The position numbers were made by a program, and so were the translations under genes. From Octopus vulgaris (lineage: Eukaryota), in the NCBI GenBank assembly GCA_951406725.2, contig OX597817.1, positions 129,146,001 to 129,210,000 on the forward strand: 64,000 bases of DNA. Direction: 5' to 3'. The notes under the pieces were generated by a model. It saw only the letters and a program-made list of their open reading frames with translations. It did not search any database and had not been told where the DNA came from. This document shows positions 38,963-52,084 of this stretch, piece by piece. Each line of letters opens with the position of its first letter. The stretch's first letter is position 1.

Positions 38963-40305
38963 CTTGAAACTTATCAGCATTGAACTGCGTGTTATTTTCA
39001 TCTGCCCATTTGCATATTGCATGCAAGTCGTTTTGCATTTTTAGTATGTTACCAGGGTCCTTGACCACCAGAGTTACATATGTATCATCGGCGTAGCTGG
39101 TGAGAGTGGCTGACTGTACGACTGAGAGCATGTCTCAGAGAGCCACTACAAACAATAGTGGTCTCAGTGCAGTTCCCTGAGGAATGCCGCTGCTGATTGA
39201 TCTCTCCAGAGAGAGCACCAGTGGTTGCAACTGTCTGACTTCTGTCCTTCAAAAAGTCGTATAGCCACTTTTCCAGTTTTTCAGTGATACCAATGTCACG
39301 TAGTTTGTGATATATCATTCCATGATCAACTTTCTCAAAGGCCTTGGCAAAGTCAAGATATATCACAACCACATTTTAGTGGCTGGACTACTGTTTCAGT
39401 ACCCAATCGTAATGCTGTAGTTGCTGCGTGAGGCAGCTCCTCCCTAAGTGGAAATAATGTGTGTTTGTGAGCAAGTTATTGTCTTCCAAGAACGTGATGT
39501 ATCCTTCTGACAATGCATTCCATGGCCTTGCTAACATGTGAAGTCAGAAATATAAACATGTAATTTTTTAGCATCTTCTCTACTTCCTCCTTTATGGAGG
39601 GGTATACGATACCCTCTTCTAACGGTTTGAGAAGTTTTCAACATGCAAGAAAATTCTGAAAATGTATCTGAAGCTCTCTTATATGTTTTTACGAGCATAA
39701 CATGAAATCTATCCGGACCGGTTGCTGAGTTTGAGCTCATCGCACCAATGGCTGTTGTTACATATTCCTCTTTTACGTCGATGTATTCGTTAGTTGTCTT
39801 TTTCCCATGTAGGTATGCAGTGTTGAAAAACCCTTTAGGCTCGCATACTAGCCTGTTTCTCAATGGAGAAGTTAACACACTATGGAATTGCTTATTTAGT
39901 ACACAACTTATTCTCCTTGGGATCTGCAGTTAGCGAGCTGTCTTCTTCAGACAGTGGCCCTATTTTGTAATGCACTAAGACAGACTCTTTTGCGAACTTG
40001 TAGAAGGTTTTAGGATTTATTTTTATACTTTCAACTGCTCTTGTTTCTCCTTCTACACTTTCCTTTTCATGGGAGAGCCTGAGTATATTTTCGATCTCTA
40101 CTCTCTTAGAAGAGGGATCTCTCACTGTCATTAAGTTGTTTATTTAAGTGATTAGAGACCTTTATTCTCGGTCTCATAAGGACTCTCCTGTCTCGCAGAA
40201 TGATGATTTTGTACGTGGTTGCTCTCTTCTCTGGGACAAATTTAATGCATATGGCTCGTATTATTGACATGAATTCTTTAAGTTCCAAATAACTGTCTTG
40301 CATAG
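38963..40305 (-). mobile_element. CR1/Jockey-like LINE RT fragment
   Basis: SATGPDRF, IYLDFAKAFEKVDH..KL..IGI..W..FLKDRSQTV, SYADDT and WADENNTQFNADK. Confidence 0.9.
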
Positions 40306-40379
40306 GGAGACTTTTTAATCAACCTTTTTTTTATACGAGAAGTCAAGAATTATCAGCACTTTCGCCATAACATACCTCT

Positions 40380-40945
40380 ATTATTGTCACTCTGCGCATA
40401 CGTACTTATAGTCGGTACTATTGTGGTTACGTGATCGAAGTTTGAGTCTGATCGCGCCATTTTTCTTTCTGGCCTTACAGTGTAAATATGGCCGCTCCAC
40501 TAGCAATGTGCATCAAAGAAGAACATTGAACAGTGAACCGATTTCGCTGCTCCGGTGGTGTCCAGAGCTGAAATTCATCGGAGGCTTTTAGCACAATACG
40601 GGGACAGTGCACTACTGCGTAAAAGTGTATATAAGTGGATCAATATGTTTTAAAATGGCCGGACAAGAGTAACGCGCGAAGAGGGAGCAGGACACCCGTC
40701 AACCTCCACTACTGACAAGAAAACTTAGCAAGGTCGTGAGATGGTAATGGTGAACCAGTTCACGATTACCATTTCTCGGATCATTGCTCTTTGTTCTCCT
40801 TTGGTTCACATTGCTAGTGGAGTGGCCATGCTTACACTGTAATGTCAGTATGAAAAATGCCGCTATCAGACTCAAACTTCGATCACGTGACTACAATAGT
40901 ACTAAGTATAAGCACGCATGCGCAGAAGGCAGCGTGACAATAATA
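40380..40945 (+). mobile_element. mariner-derived fold-back element (5' end duplicated in inverted orientation)
   Basis: Arms ~40380-40530 and ~40781-40945 are near reverse complements; the interior encodes AEIHRRLLAQYGDSALLRKSVYKW..F*NGRT..G.P. Confidence 0.85.
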
Positions 40946-41035
40946 AAGAAATCAGTGAATAAACTTCACTGAATATAGATATATATAATTACGAAGTTGA
41001 GGCAAATATCACCAGCTGACCGGTGTCTGCTACTG

Positions 41036-41077
41036 TAGGCCGATGAAGGACAATGATCCTGAAACACGGTGTCCCTA
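41036..41077 (+). ncRNA. Type I hammerhead ribozyme-like motif
   Basis: TAGG-CCGATGA-AGGA-caatga-TCCT-GAAA-cacggt-GTC-CCTA: helices I, II and III all pair, GUC triplet; U4C change in the core. Confidence 0.7.
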
Positions 41078-41303
41078 GATGCAGTTCCGGCAGCCGGGGG
41101 TGTTTGTCTCCCCTTCGTATATGTATATAAGGACACAGGGAAAAAATGTGTCAAAGCTATCAGGAGGCGTTCGATGCTTCCTAGGGCTATACAGCGGTGG
41201 TGTACCCCCTACTGTCACGTTCTTGTTAGATTGACAGTATACAACCATTCTATCGCCCCACCACCGTACATGTCTCTACGAGAGATTTAGAAATTCAATA
41301 TTT

Positions 41304-41342
<39 letters not shown>

Positions 41343-41381
41343 GTATATGTATATGTATATATATGTATTTATATATATATA

Positions 41382-41434
<53 letters not shown>

Positions 41435-41659
41435 ATATATATATATATAGGTATATATATGTATGTATATTATATATATGTATGTATGTATGTATATATA
41501 TATATATATACACTCAACTCACACATACGCACACTGAGTTTTTATATCTTGCCTGAAGAAATGTTAGACACTTTTATGCTCATGTGCATATATATATAGG
41601 TATATACATATATATATGTGCATGTTTATGGCTGTGTGTGTATGTGTGAGTGCGTGTAT

Positions 41660-41703
<44 letters not shown>

Positions 41704-42064
41704 ATGCATACGCAAACGTATTTGTAACATAGACTTGAACACACACAAACATGATTACGCAGCCATCTCATGAAGTACATGCACAAACATGCGTAACTGC
41801 GTACACACACATAAACACACACATACACATACGCACACGTAAATTATCCCTCAGACATTAACGGACACACAAAAGGAATAGACCGCACGTGTGTTTAATG
41901 ATATGAATGCTGTATGATCGCTAGTTGTTGGTTAAAATGTAATCATGCGAGAAAATGGCGTACATTAAATGAGACTTTCACTTATGTATTTTTATAATTA
42001 TTAGCTGGGGGCGTATGTTCATTATACTTTCCGTCCTACCACTCGCGCTAATTTTGTTTCTGAT

Positions 42065-42065
<1 letters not shown>

Positions 42066-42137
<72 letters not shown>

Positions 42138-42256
42138 ATATATATATATGTCTGTCTGTCTGTCTGTCTGTCTGTATGTATGTATGTATGTATGTATGTA
42201 TGTATGTATGCCTGTCTATGTATCTATCTATCAAATTTTCTCTCTCTCTCTTCCAA

Positions 42257-42306
<50 letters not shown>

Positions 42307-42446
42307 TACATATAGATATATGTATATATATTACGCATACATATAGATATATGTATATGTACATATGCATAAATATATATATATATATATATATCTGCAT
42401 ACCTATATATATGTGCATATATATGTGTGTATATATATATATAATG

Positions 42447-42531
<85 letters not shown>

Positions 42532-42560
42532 ATATATATATATATGCATACGGATATATC
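42066..42560. repeat. Compound (TCTA)/(TCTG)/(TATG)/(TA) microsatellite
   Basis: Seen directly. Confidence 0.95.
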
Positions 42561-43899
42561 TATAAATTTTTTGCCAAAATAAGAATAGCTTTTTCGTGGT
42601 TTGGGATTTCACTTAGTGACATTTCCTCAGTGTATAACTCTCCTACACAGACATAATATAATGCAATCTACGGACATTTTTACTCAAGCTGGCCATTGGT
42701 AAAAAGTTACCATTTAACTTTTAATTCTGTGTCAACCCCAGGCAACTGTGTGCAAGGACACCATATACGTCGAGCGCAGATAACAACAGGATAAACAAAA
42801 GTTTATCAGAAACCAATGTAAATAATTAGAAAATGGAGACAAACATAGATTAACCAGCACATCGACAGGACTACATTTTAAAGCATATTTATTGATTCAA
42901 TGCAAGACAATACAAATCTAACAGTTGTTTCTGATCAAAATACCTGAATGCAGTCTATACATAAATGCGAGAATAAAATTCTTCATCTTCATAGTGCATT
43001 CAAATTCAGGCAACAGATCTTCATCAGAGTGACAAACAAGAGCATACAATATAAATAAAAGGAAGAAGGAAAAGGAAAGAGAACATGGTAAAGGCAAAAT
43101 GTCTGGAAGTCCAATATGTTAAATGCACATAGTCATTTATCATCAGGGCTCAAAGAACGTAGATGTGAGAGTGAGCTTTTAAAGGACTAGGGAATACTAC
43201 AAATTATTAACGGGATGTGCAGTTAGGAGGGCGGGTGTCAGGGTGTTAAAAATAGAAGTTATCAAGAAGCTCTATGCAAAGAAAAGAAAATATTAACATA
43301 AATATCAAAGGCCAAACCTATGTTAACGGAGAAAACTTAAGTAAGGTTAAAGAAATTAACATAGGTTACTTAAGTAAAAATTTACTATGATCCACAATGG
43401 AGTAAGTCTCAGTTAAGCGGTCTCTACATTGGTGAGTAACAATTTAAACAGGTCGCCTGTTAAAACTGTTACAAAGGATTTGTTTATGAATAAACAAGAA
43501 AAAGAAAGGAAGGAAAAGGTAAGGGAGATAAAACAATAGGAATTTAATGGCCTATTATGTCCTTCAGCATCTTAACTGTATAACATGTGAGAGGAAAACG
43601 TAATGAGACCAACAGATTATTGGTTAAGGGAAGGCAACAGGTCCTGGTAGGTCAGCAGTTCAATGAAAACAAGGGAAAAAATGTAAAAAAAAAGGGGGAA
43701 AAAGATAAAAACAATATATTGCTGAACTTCGTATATTGCAAATTGTGGTAATTTAAGTATATAACAGTATGTAAGAAAAATATAACACATAGATTCTCTA
43801 CAGAGCTTAAAATGGCACTAACAGTTAGGCAGATAATATTTAAGGCCAGGTCACATACTAAAATAATATCAAATAATGAAACTCCCTAGATAACAAGAG

Positions 43900-44640
43900 C
43901 GTTTTAATTAAGCCTCAAAAGCATTACATAAACATAAAATAAAATAGTTTCTATTATTATAAACCGCCACCAAAATATACAAATATTAAGGCAAGCCAGT
44001 CGAAATACTAAACAAGACTTAAAAATACTCCCGTACATTTCCACACATAACCCTAGAAACAACGAAGCCTTCAACATTATCACCCAAAATCTTCCCATCC
44101 TCACAGCAGACAAAACAATGAACGAAATTTTAAGCTCATACAAAATTATAAAAAGCAAAAGGCAACCGAAGTCACTGAAAAAATATTAACCAGCGCAAGA
44201 CTATATCCACTAGCAACAGAGCCAAAAGTGAAAAAATGTAGCCGCCCTAACTGTGGAACATGCCCCCCCCCCACCTTTTGGAGGGTTCAGAATTTCACTT
44301 CAAACAAGGAGAAATATTTAAGATCAAATCAAATTTCACCTGCGCCTCGGAAAATCTAATCTATGTCATGACATTCTTAGGATGTGGTAACCTCTATATT
44401 GGACAAACAGGAATATCAGTCCGTCGAAGAACCACCATCCACAAAGAGCAAATCCGCCACCCACAATACAAGACAGTTACAGGTTAGTGAACACATAGAA
44501 AGGTGTTCCAGTAATCTTAATCCTAATTTTCAAATCTTCCCCTTCCATCAATGTTCACAGAACACCACAATGCAACAAAGGTTGAATAAAGAGGCAATTT
44601 TCATCAACAAATATCTTCCCCAACTAAATATATTTACAAT
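43900..44640 (+). mobile_element. Penelope-like element, linker plus GIY-YIG endonuclease fragment
   Basis: KCSRPNCGTC..FTCASENLIYVMT..CGNLYIGQTG..H...IR..VSEHI..RLNKEAIFI..PQLN; frameshifted. Confidence 0.9.
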
Positions 44641-44672
44641 GTGCATTTTCGTTGATTTTTCTTATCCCCCCA

Positions 44673-44736
<64 letters not shown>

Positions 44737-44761
44737 ATATATCATATATCATATATCATAT

Positions 44762-44930
44762 ATAACATCCGTTCTGTCTGTGTGTGTTTGTCTTCTCGGA
44801 TCTCGGGCATCCTCCATCAGATTGCGCTCAAATTTGATATGTAAATACCGACGGTATTATATAAGTCTTGAAAAAATTACAAAAATCGATTCCAGGTAAG
44901 AATGCGATCGATAAAGCCGTGGGAAAGTGC
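44762..44930 (+). mobile_element. Helitron/HINE-like non-autonomous 5' fragment
   Basis: ataac..tctgtctgtgtgtgtttgtc..gattgcgctcaaattt resembles the terminus at 56800-56887 (minus strand). Confidence 0.4.
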
Positions 44931-45059
44931 ATATGTAAAATCGTTTTTCTTGGAATAGAAAAAGTTTATCTTTATTTCTTATTTTGCTGGTGTCTCAAAT
45001 TTAGGTTAAATCAGTGTTTCTCAAAGGGGAGGCCTATGGGACGGTCGGATAAGTTGTTT

Positions 45060-45425
45060 TGAGAAAATTTGGTTTAAATGTTTGACAACTCAAACATGTC
45101 TCAAAGATGTCAAAGTGTGATTGAAGCTAAAGGGCTTCACACTAAATATTAAATAATTCCAGTATTCTCTGTCATTTTTGATTATTTTGTTGTTTTTTCA
45201 ACCGTTCTGATCATTTTAGCCGCCATGAGTTTTGCAGTAAATCACTAAATCAACCATAACTTTTGTATTATCCTCTCAAATTACACCAAAACCTCAGACA
45301 ATAACAATTAATATCCTATTTATTTTCTGTGAAAATTATAGAATATAAAACAACTTTGATAAAAAACTTATACCTACTCTTCTGACGAAAAGAATGCCGT
45401 TCTGAACATTTTGGCCGCAACTGTA
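45060..45425 (+). mobile_element. Tc1-like transposon 3' remnant with TIR
   Basis: NMSQRCQSVIEAKGLHTKY*; ends ccgttctgaacattttggccgcaactg-TA, with an inner direct copy at ~45202. Confidence 0.85.
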
Positions 45426-45708
45426 TATTCGTATGTGTGTGTGCATGTGTGTTTTAATATTTCGCTTAGACATTGAGATACTAATATCCTAGTGTAGAAC
45501 TCAGTATACGTATGCTCCTGAAAGAAGCGTTGGTTGAGAACAGAGCGGTAATAAGAAAAACTATGATAAAAAAGTAAACAATTATGTTATGAACATGTAC
45601 ATTAGTGTTTGTTTTTGTTATAACAAAAAACAATTTAGATTTAATTGATTGCATGCTCAATGTATTGGTAGAGTACACATTTATTATTCTTTTACAGGAA
45701 TAGTATTG

Positions 45709-45749
45709 ACAGCGACTTAGAAGTTTCAGCCAGCTAATTTATCGTCAGA

Positions 45750-45753
<4 letters not shown>
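45709..45753 (-). ncRNA. Hammerhead-like motif with degenerate helix II
   Basis: gtagt-CTGACGA-taaattagctggct-GAAACTT-ct-AAGTC-gctgt. Confidence 0.45.
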
Positions 45754-45788
<35 letters not shown>

Positions 45789-46859
45789 TAAAGCAGATAA
45801 CTAGTTTTTTTTACGGGAGAATGTTGAAGGAAAATACTCATTAAGTACTTATAGATAAAATAATAATTCTAAGTGCCTTGGTTTACAAACAGCCAGCAAG
45901 ACACGTTAGTGAAATGGTTAGACATCTGACTATTAGGACTTCAGAAATTAAGTTTGTAAGGAGCCAAAAACAATGAACATTGTTTTCATGTGTAGTTAAT
46001 GAAAAACAAAAACAAGTTGAATACGTTAGTACAGAAGGGGAATAATTAAATTTTAAGTTGAAACTTTATGATGAAAATTAGGTAAGCAAAAAGATGACTG
46101 GAAATAATTACGAATTCATGCATTTATGCACACACCGCGCACACGCATTTATATACGAATATGTATCTACAAATGCATAAATAGTCATTTAGAAACGCAT
46201 GGGTACACTCAAATATATATGTAAATGCATATGCAGATAAGCATAAGGTGGCCCATAAACGTAACGCGGCACATAAACATAATGCGCGTTCATACGCATC
46301 AATAAATATAAAAATAGTTGTACCAGTAAATATATACACTGTAGAATAGACAAGCTTTCTGAACAAAATGCACCACACACAGAGACACGCACGCGTGCAC
46401 AAAGCACTCGCGCACACAGACAAGCACGCGCACACACGCACGCAAACACACACGCACAAACATGTGTATGTATATACACAACCATCTGAAAAGTAAATAG
46501 ACACTACTCATTATACCGTTTCCTGCTGTTTCCAACTTGTAAATGTATTATTATTGTCTATTTCAAATAGCAATATATTAATTTACGTCTATGTATTTTT
46601 TTCGCAAGATTCTTGATATGAAAACGTGAGTTGAAACAAATATTGTTGTACATAGGGATGTTTTGCCAATTAAACACACGTAATTTTTATTTGAGCTACA
46701 TTTTATTATTGTCTTTGTTGTTGTTGTTGCTGCTGTTGTTGTTCTTGTTGTTGCTGTTGTTATTGTTGTTGTTGATTTACTTCTCAAAGAGCTCGGTCTT
46801 TGTGAAGTAGATTCCCAAATGACATCCCTGGTCAAATCGGAAAATAATTCATCGTTGAA

Positions 46860-48060
46860 GGGATAAAATTCATCCTACAGAACAACATCTTCAACGAGAA
46901 CATTTATAGACAAAAATCAGGCACGGCGATGGGAACGAGGCTAGCCCCTACTACTTTTGCTAACCTTGTCATGGCATAATTAGCAGTCCAAATATACGAG
47001 CACGCTAGACTGAAATTTGGAGACAACTTCCAAAAATACTCACAAACTGGAAACGCTACCTGGATGACTGTTTCATTCTGTGGCCAAATAACCTTGAGCA
47101 ACACTCAGAATTTAAGAACTTAACAGCATTAACCACAGTATCCAGTTCAAAATGGAATCCAGCCACAAACAACTACTTTTCTTGGACATCTTAATTATAA
47201 AAAGAGATACTGAAACTGAAACCAACATCTTCAAACCAACGGACTCAAAACGATATCTTCTATTTTTCTCCTGCCACCCAAAATATACTAAAATAAATAC
47301 GTTCAGCATTTCATCAAATCCCGAAACCTGAAAAAAGCGACTCCAAGAACTTAAAAATAGATTACTAGATAGAAAATACCCGGTCAGTGTAATCAAAGAC
47401 GGAATAGAAGTGCAAAAATGATAGGCCTCCAAGAGTTACGGAAAACAAGAAAACACCATGACACACTTAAAACTTTACCTTACACAATCTGAGGAACTTT
47501 GAAGCATATAACATCATCCACCAAAATATACCCCTCCTTATGAATGACCTGCAAATGAAAAGAGCACTGCAATCATATAGGTTTATTAAAAGTAAGATAC
47601 AACCGCAATCCCTAAAAAAGTTACTCACCAGCGCTCAATTACCCGCCAAAAGTACAACCCTACTAGTCAAAAAGTTCAACCGCCCTAACTGCTGGACTTA
47701 TATCTTACATCTTCCTCTTAGAGGACTCAACATACAGATTTAAGCCAGGTCAAACTTTTACCGTCAAAAATCACATCAACTTTACTTCGAAGAACTTAAT
47801 CTATGTTCCCAAATGTGGAGGGTGGTGGAGACTACATAGGTCAAACTAGTTTCACCTTGAAGGACAGACTAACAGTACACAGGCAACAAATCCGGGACAC
47901 CACGACTAGGAAAATTTCCGTAAGCAAACACCTAGACCAAACATAACCCGAAATACCAAATCTTCCCTCTCTATCAATGCACCGGAAACACTTCAACCCA
48001 ATTCCGTTCGGATAAGGAAAGTATGCTCATAAAAAATATAAACCACAGCTGAATATCCTT
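46860..48060 (+). mobile_element. Penelope-like element RT plus GIY-YIG, decayed
   Basis: YRQKSGTAMGTRLAP..ANL.M, WKRYLDDCF, IQFKME..LLFLDILI, FKPTDS..YL..SCHP, NRPNCWT, KNLIY and YIGQT. Confidence 0.92.
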
Positions 48061-48564
48061 TAGAAAGAAGAAAAACACTTAAGAGAAAAAGGAAAAAGAC
48101 CCAATTTCTTCTAAAAATAAAAATAAAGACAACCACACACAACAAACATAATTCAAAGACTTTAGTAACAGTCTTCCACGCGGGTTTCGAAACCGCAAGT
48201 CCAAATCACAGTACATACACCAGTTGCTGACGTCACTTAACTCTAGACCAAGGAAATTTTACCTCCGATCAAAACCAAACTTCAGTAAATACCCTTTAAG
48301 AGAATCAACCAGTTGGAACGGGTGATAACCGTTCCCCACAAAGAAGCCAACTAGGCAGAACGACAAGCTTGACCACCAGAAAAATAAGACGTCACCAGTA
48401 CTTTAACGAATCCAAAATCAGATCCGTTGACGGAAAAAAATATAAATACACCTGATTCCAAAAAACGCTGTTACAAGCGAGAGTTCCACCACACGACGGA
48501 AAAACAGAAACTGTACACAAAACCATTTTTTTATTATCTTCATTTCTCTCTTGTTTTTCTCCCT

Positions 48565-48849
48565 CGGTATGACCGAACCTTTGGTGTTCCACATTTCTTA
48601 TCGATCACTTCTAACACTATTGAATTTTACACATACAAGATGATCAATATTTTTTATATTATTGAATGCTGTGAATATTTAAATCATGTTTGATATTATT
48701 AAATCTTGATTCAGTACGACCGAACTTTTGATGATCCACATTTCTTATCGATCATTTCTTAACACTATTGAATTTTGAGCATTTAAGCAAGATGATCCAC
48801 ATTTTTTGTATTATTGAATGTTATGAACATTTAATTCATATTTGATATT
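48565..48849. repeat. Tandem duplication, period ~147 bp
   Basis: gaccgaac.ttt..tccacatttcttatcgatca..taacactattgaatttt..caagatgatc..tattattgaatg..tttgatatt at 48565 and 48712. Confidence 0.85.
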
Positions 48850-48915
48850 GAAACTTGTAAACATTGAATTTTTAAAACATGTTTTTCTAATTCATAATTT
48901 TAAATTTTTACCATA

Positions 48916-49303
48916 GGTCCAGGAGTGGCTGTGTGGTAAGTAACTTGTTTACCAACCACATGGTTTCGGGTTCAATCCCACTGCATGACACCTTGGCAAG
49001 TGTCTTCTACTATAGCCTCGGGCCGACCAAAGCCTTGTGAGTGGATTTGGTAGACGGAACCTGAAAGAAGTCCGTCGTATATATATGTGTGTGTGTGTTT
49101 TGTATTTGTGCGTTTGTGTTTGTACCCCAACATCGTTTGACAACTGATGCTAGTGTATACATGTCCCCGTAATTTAGAGGTTCGGCAAAAGAGAACGATA
49201 GAATAAGTACTAGGCTTACGAAGAGTAAGTCCTGGGGTCGATTTGCTCGACTAAAGGCGGTGCTCCAGCATGGCCGCAGTCAAATGGCTGAAACAAGTAA
49301 AAG
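48916..49303 (+). mobile_element. SINE family A, full length
   Basis: Colinear with the 2590 copy. Confidence 0.92.
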
Positions 49304-49484
49304 AATTGATAATCAAAAAATATTGTTGAAACTAGTTTTGCATGTACGTAAATAAATTTATTTAAAAACAATTAGAAGTTTTTCAAATTTAGGTGCAGTT
49401 TCAACAACAATTTTTCCTATATTTTTCATGCGTGGAAATACACCTCTTTTGTTTTATACATAGATACATACATACACACACAAA

Positions 49485-49554
<70 letters not shown>

Positions 49555-50190
49555 GAGAAACAGAGAGGGGGGAGAAAGAGAGAGATTCAGATATAAACTT
49601 GTATGTATATGCATGTATATAAGTACCAAATTCATGTTATGAGCAATAGTTCATATTGGGAAGCAGAAATAGAACAAACTCGAAAGCTCTACTGGGCCCC
49701 CATGGCCATTCGAGTAGTCAACTAGAAAATAAATGTCGACTTCACGTAAAAATATTTACATATATCGTTCTAGATATGTACATATTTCATATTATTGAAT
49801 CTTCAGTTTCATGAAAACTATCTTCTTTTTATAATGCCTGCGAACATTTGTTCCCATACCAATTTTTTAAAGTTCATTTTGTACAATAAATATCGAAAAT
49901 TCAAATACATTAAAATATTTTGTAGACAAAATTATAAGATTGTTCGCTATTTCTGAGTATGATATCATTTCGGTTTTACAGGTCTATATATATTAGTGCG
50001 GATATATTTCAAACTATTTTCTCTCACAGTATTCTGCTGATAGTATCACACATTTTCTGTTAAACATAGAATCGTTTCTCAGAAACATGAAATTGTGTCC
50101 GGAAAAAAAAAATTAACTATATGTATATTTAAACATTGATAGTCAGTCGTTATTTTCGAATATTTTTACATTTTAGTAATCTTTATAAGT

Positions 50191-50226
<36 letters not shown>

Positions 50227-50252
50227 ACATTATACTCTTTTATCTCTCTTTA

Positions 50253-50653
50253 CTCTTTTACTTGTTTCAGTCATTTGACTGCGGCCATGCTGGAGCACCA
50301 CCTTTACTCGAGCAAATCGACCCCAGGACTTATTCTTTGTAAACCTAGTACTTATTCTATCGGTCGCTTTTCGTCGAACCGCTAAGTTACGGGGACGTAA
50401 ACACACCAGCATCGATTGTCAAGCGATGTTGGAGGGGACAAACACAGACACAGAAACACACACACATATTTATATACATATACATATATAAGACGGGCTT
50501 TTTTCAGTTTCCGTCTACCAAATCCACTCACAAGGCTTTGGTCGGCCCGAGGTTTTAGTAGAAGACAGTTGCTCAAGTTGCCACGCAGTGAGACTGAACC
50601 CGGAACCATGCGGTTGGTGAGCAAGCTACTTACCACACAGCCACTCCTACACC
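50253..50653 (-). mobile_element. SINE family A, full length
   Basis: Colinear with the 2590 and 48916 copies. Confidence 0.92.
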
Positions 50654-51126
50654 TTATGCATATAAATGTATACATACATATGCATATCTGAATAATTGGT
50701 GCATACAAATATACAAGCATACATACACAAGCACACGAACACACGTAAAGATATAGACAACAGCACTAAGTAAATATTTACAAGACATGAATACAATGTC
50801 TTCATGGGTGATTAAACAAGCCTTTTGATAATATTTTCGTTTTCCGTCCGTTTGTCTGTCTGCGTGTCTGTCTGTATCTCTTCTTCTATTTCATCGTCTA
50901 CTTTCTATCTTTGTTCTACGATTTGATTTGCCTGACATGATATCGTCTCCGCCCATTCTGTATCGATAAACATGAGAATGAAGAGTTTCTCATTTACCTC
51001 GCCATGACTGACTACACATGAATGGTACATTTCTCATATTTACCTCCGGGACTTTTGCTACTGCTACTGCTATTAATGTTGCTGTGCCTTGCACACCGCA
51101 TGCCATATTCACTCTCATAGCAACCG

Positions 51127-51127
<1 letters not shown>

Positions 51128-51197
<70 letters not shown>

Positions 51198-51216
51198 ACT
51201 ACTACTACTACTACCA

Positions 51217-51275
<59 letters not shown>

Positions 51276-51303
51276 ACTACTACTACTACTACTACCACTA
51301 CCA

Positions 51304-51340
<37 letters not shown>

Positions 51341-51372
51341 TACTACTACTACTACCACCACCACCACTACCA

Positions 51373-51428
<56 letters not shown>
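51128..51428. repeat. (CTA)n/(CTG)n/(CCA)n compound trinucleotide repeat
   Basis: Seen directly. Confidence 0.98.
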
Positions 51429-51429
<1 letters not shown>

Positions 51430-51461
51430 AATATTAATAATAATAATAATAGTAATAATAA

Positions 51462-52016
51462 TGCCTTGATGTAGTACCAGGCAGTGGCTCTCGTGGCTTC
51501 TGATCTTAACTGATTGGAAGTGTTATCATGTACATTGTTTTCTCTTGGTATAAAAGATGGGCTACAGCAAATGTTCTGCTCAATACCACAGATTAGCTTG
51601 TCAGTTGTTTGACCTTAACCAGTTGGGCATGTCCCTTAGTGGCTGATGATATGTGCATCTCTGATCACGAGCAGAAGTAGTTGGGGAGCATCATAGTCAT
51701 GTGTTGAGAGGGATTCTTTGTGGTTTGGCTAATTCACCTTTGGAAACATGGTTGTTTCGTTCAATACCTTTAAACAACCCTTATTCAGGGACATTTTGAG
51801 CAGGATGGGTTACTCAACCAGAAGAAATTTCTAACTGGGCCCCACCTGCAAGGTCATGTACTGTTTATCTTGATATGAGATCACCATGTCGCGCACATAT
51901 GGTTGTGATGCATGTGTCTAGTGTACCCTTATCAGAAGGGTAGTCATGATGGGTATACTGGACTTTGTATATTTTACCCCAGTGTCACTTTGATGACATG
52001 CACTGCTCTCTCACTC

Positions 52017-52017
<1 letters not shown>
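51462..52017 (+). mobile_element. Interspersed repeat in (TAA)n, probable non-LTR element 3' end
   Basis: A discrete GC-richer block bounded on both sides by (TAA)n, like the Dong-like copy at 29251; no clear protein motif. Confidence 0.45.

Positions 52018-52084
<67 letters not shown>

Noticed and set aside
43005-43150. Two CTGATGA motifs on the minus strand as hammerheads
   Set aside because: No correctly placed helix II plus GAAA.
51018-51437. Mucin-like poly-Thr/Ala ORF
   Set aside because: Pure trinucleotide microsatellite with no supporting exon evidence.
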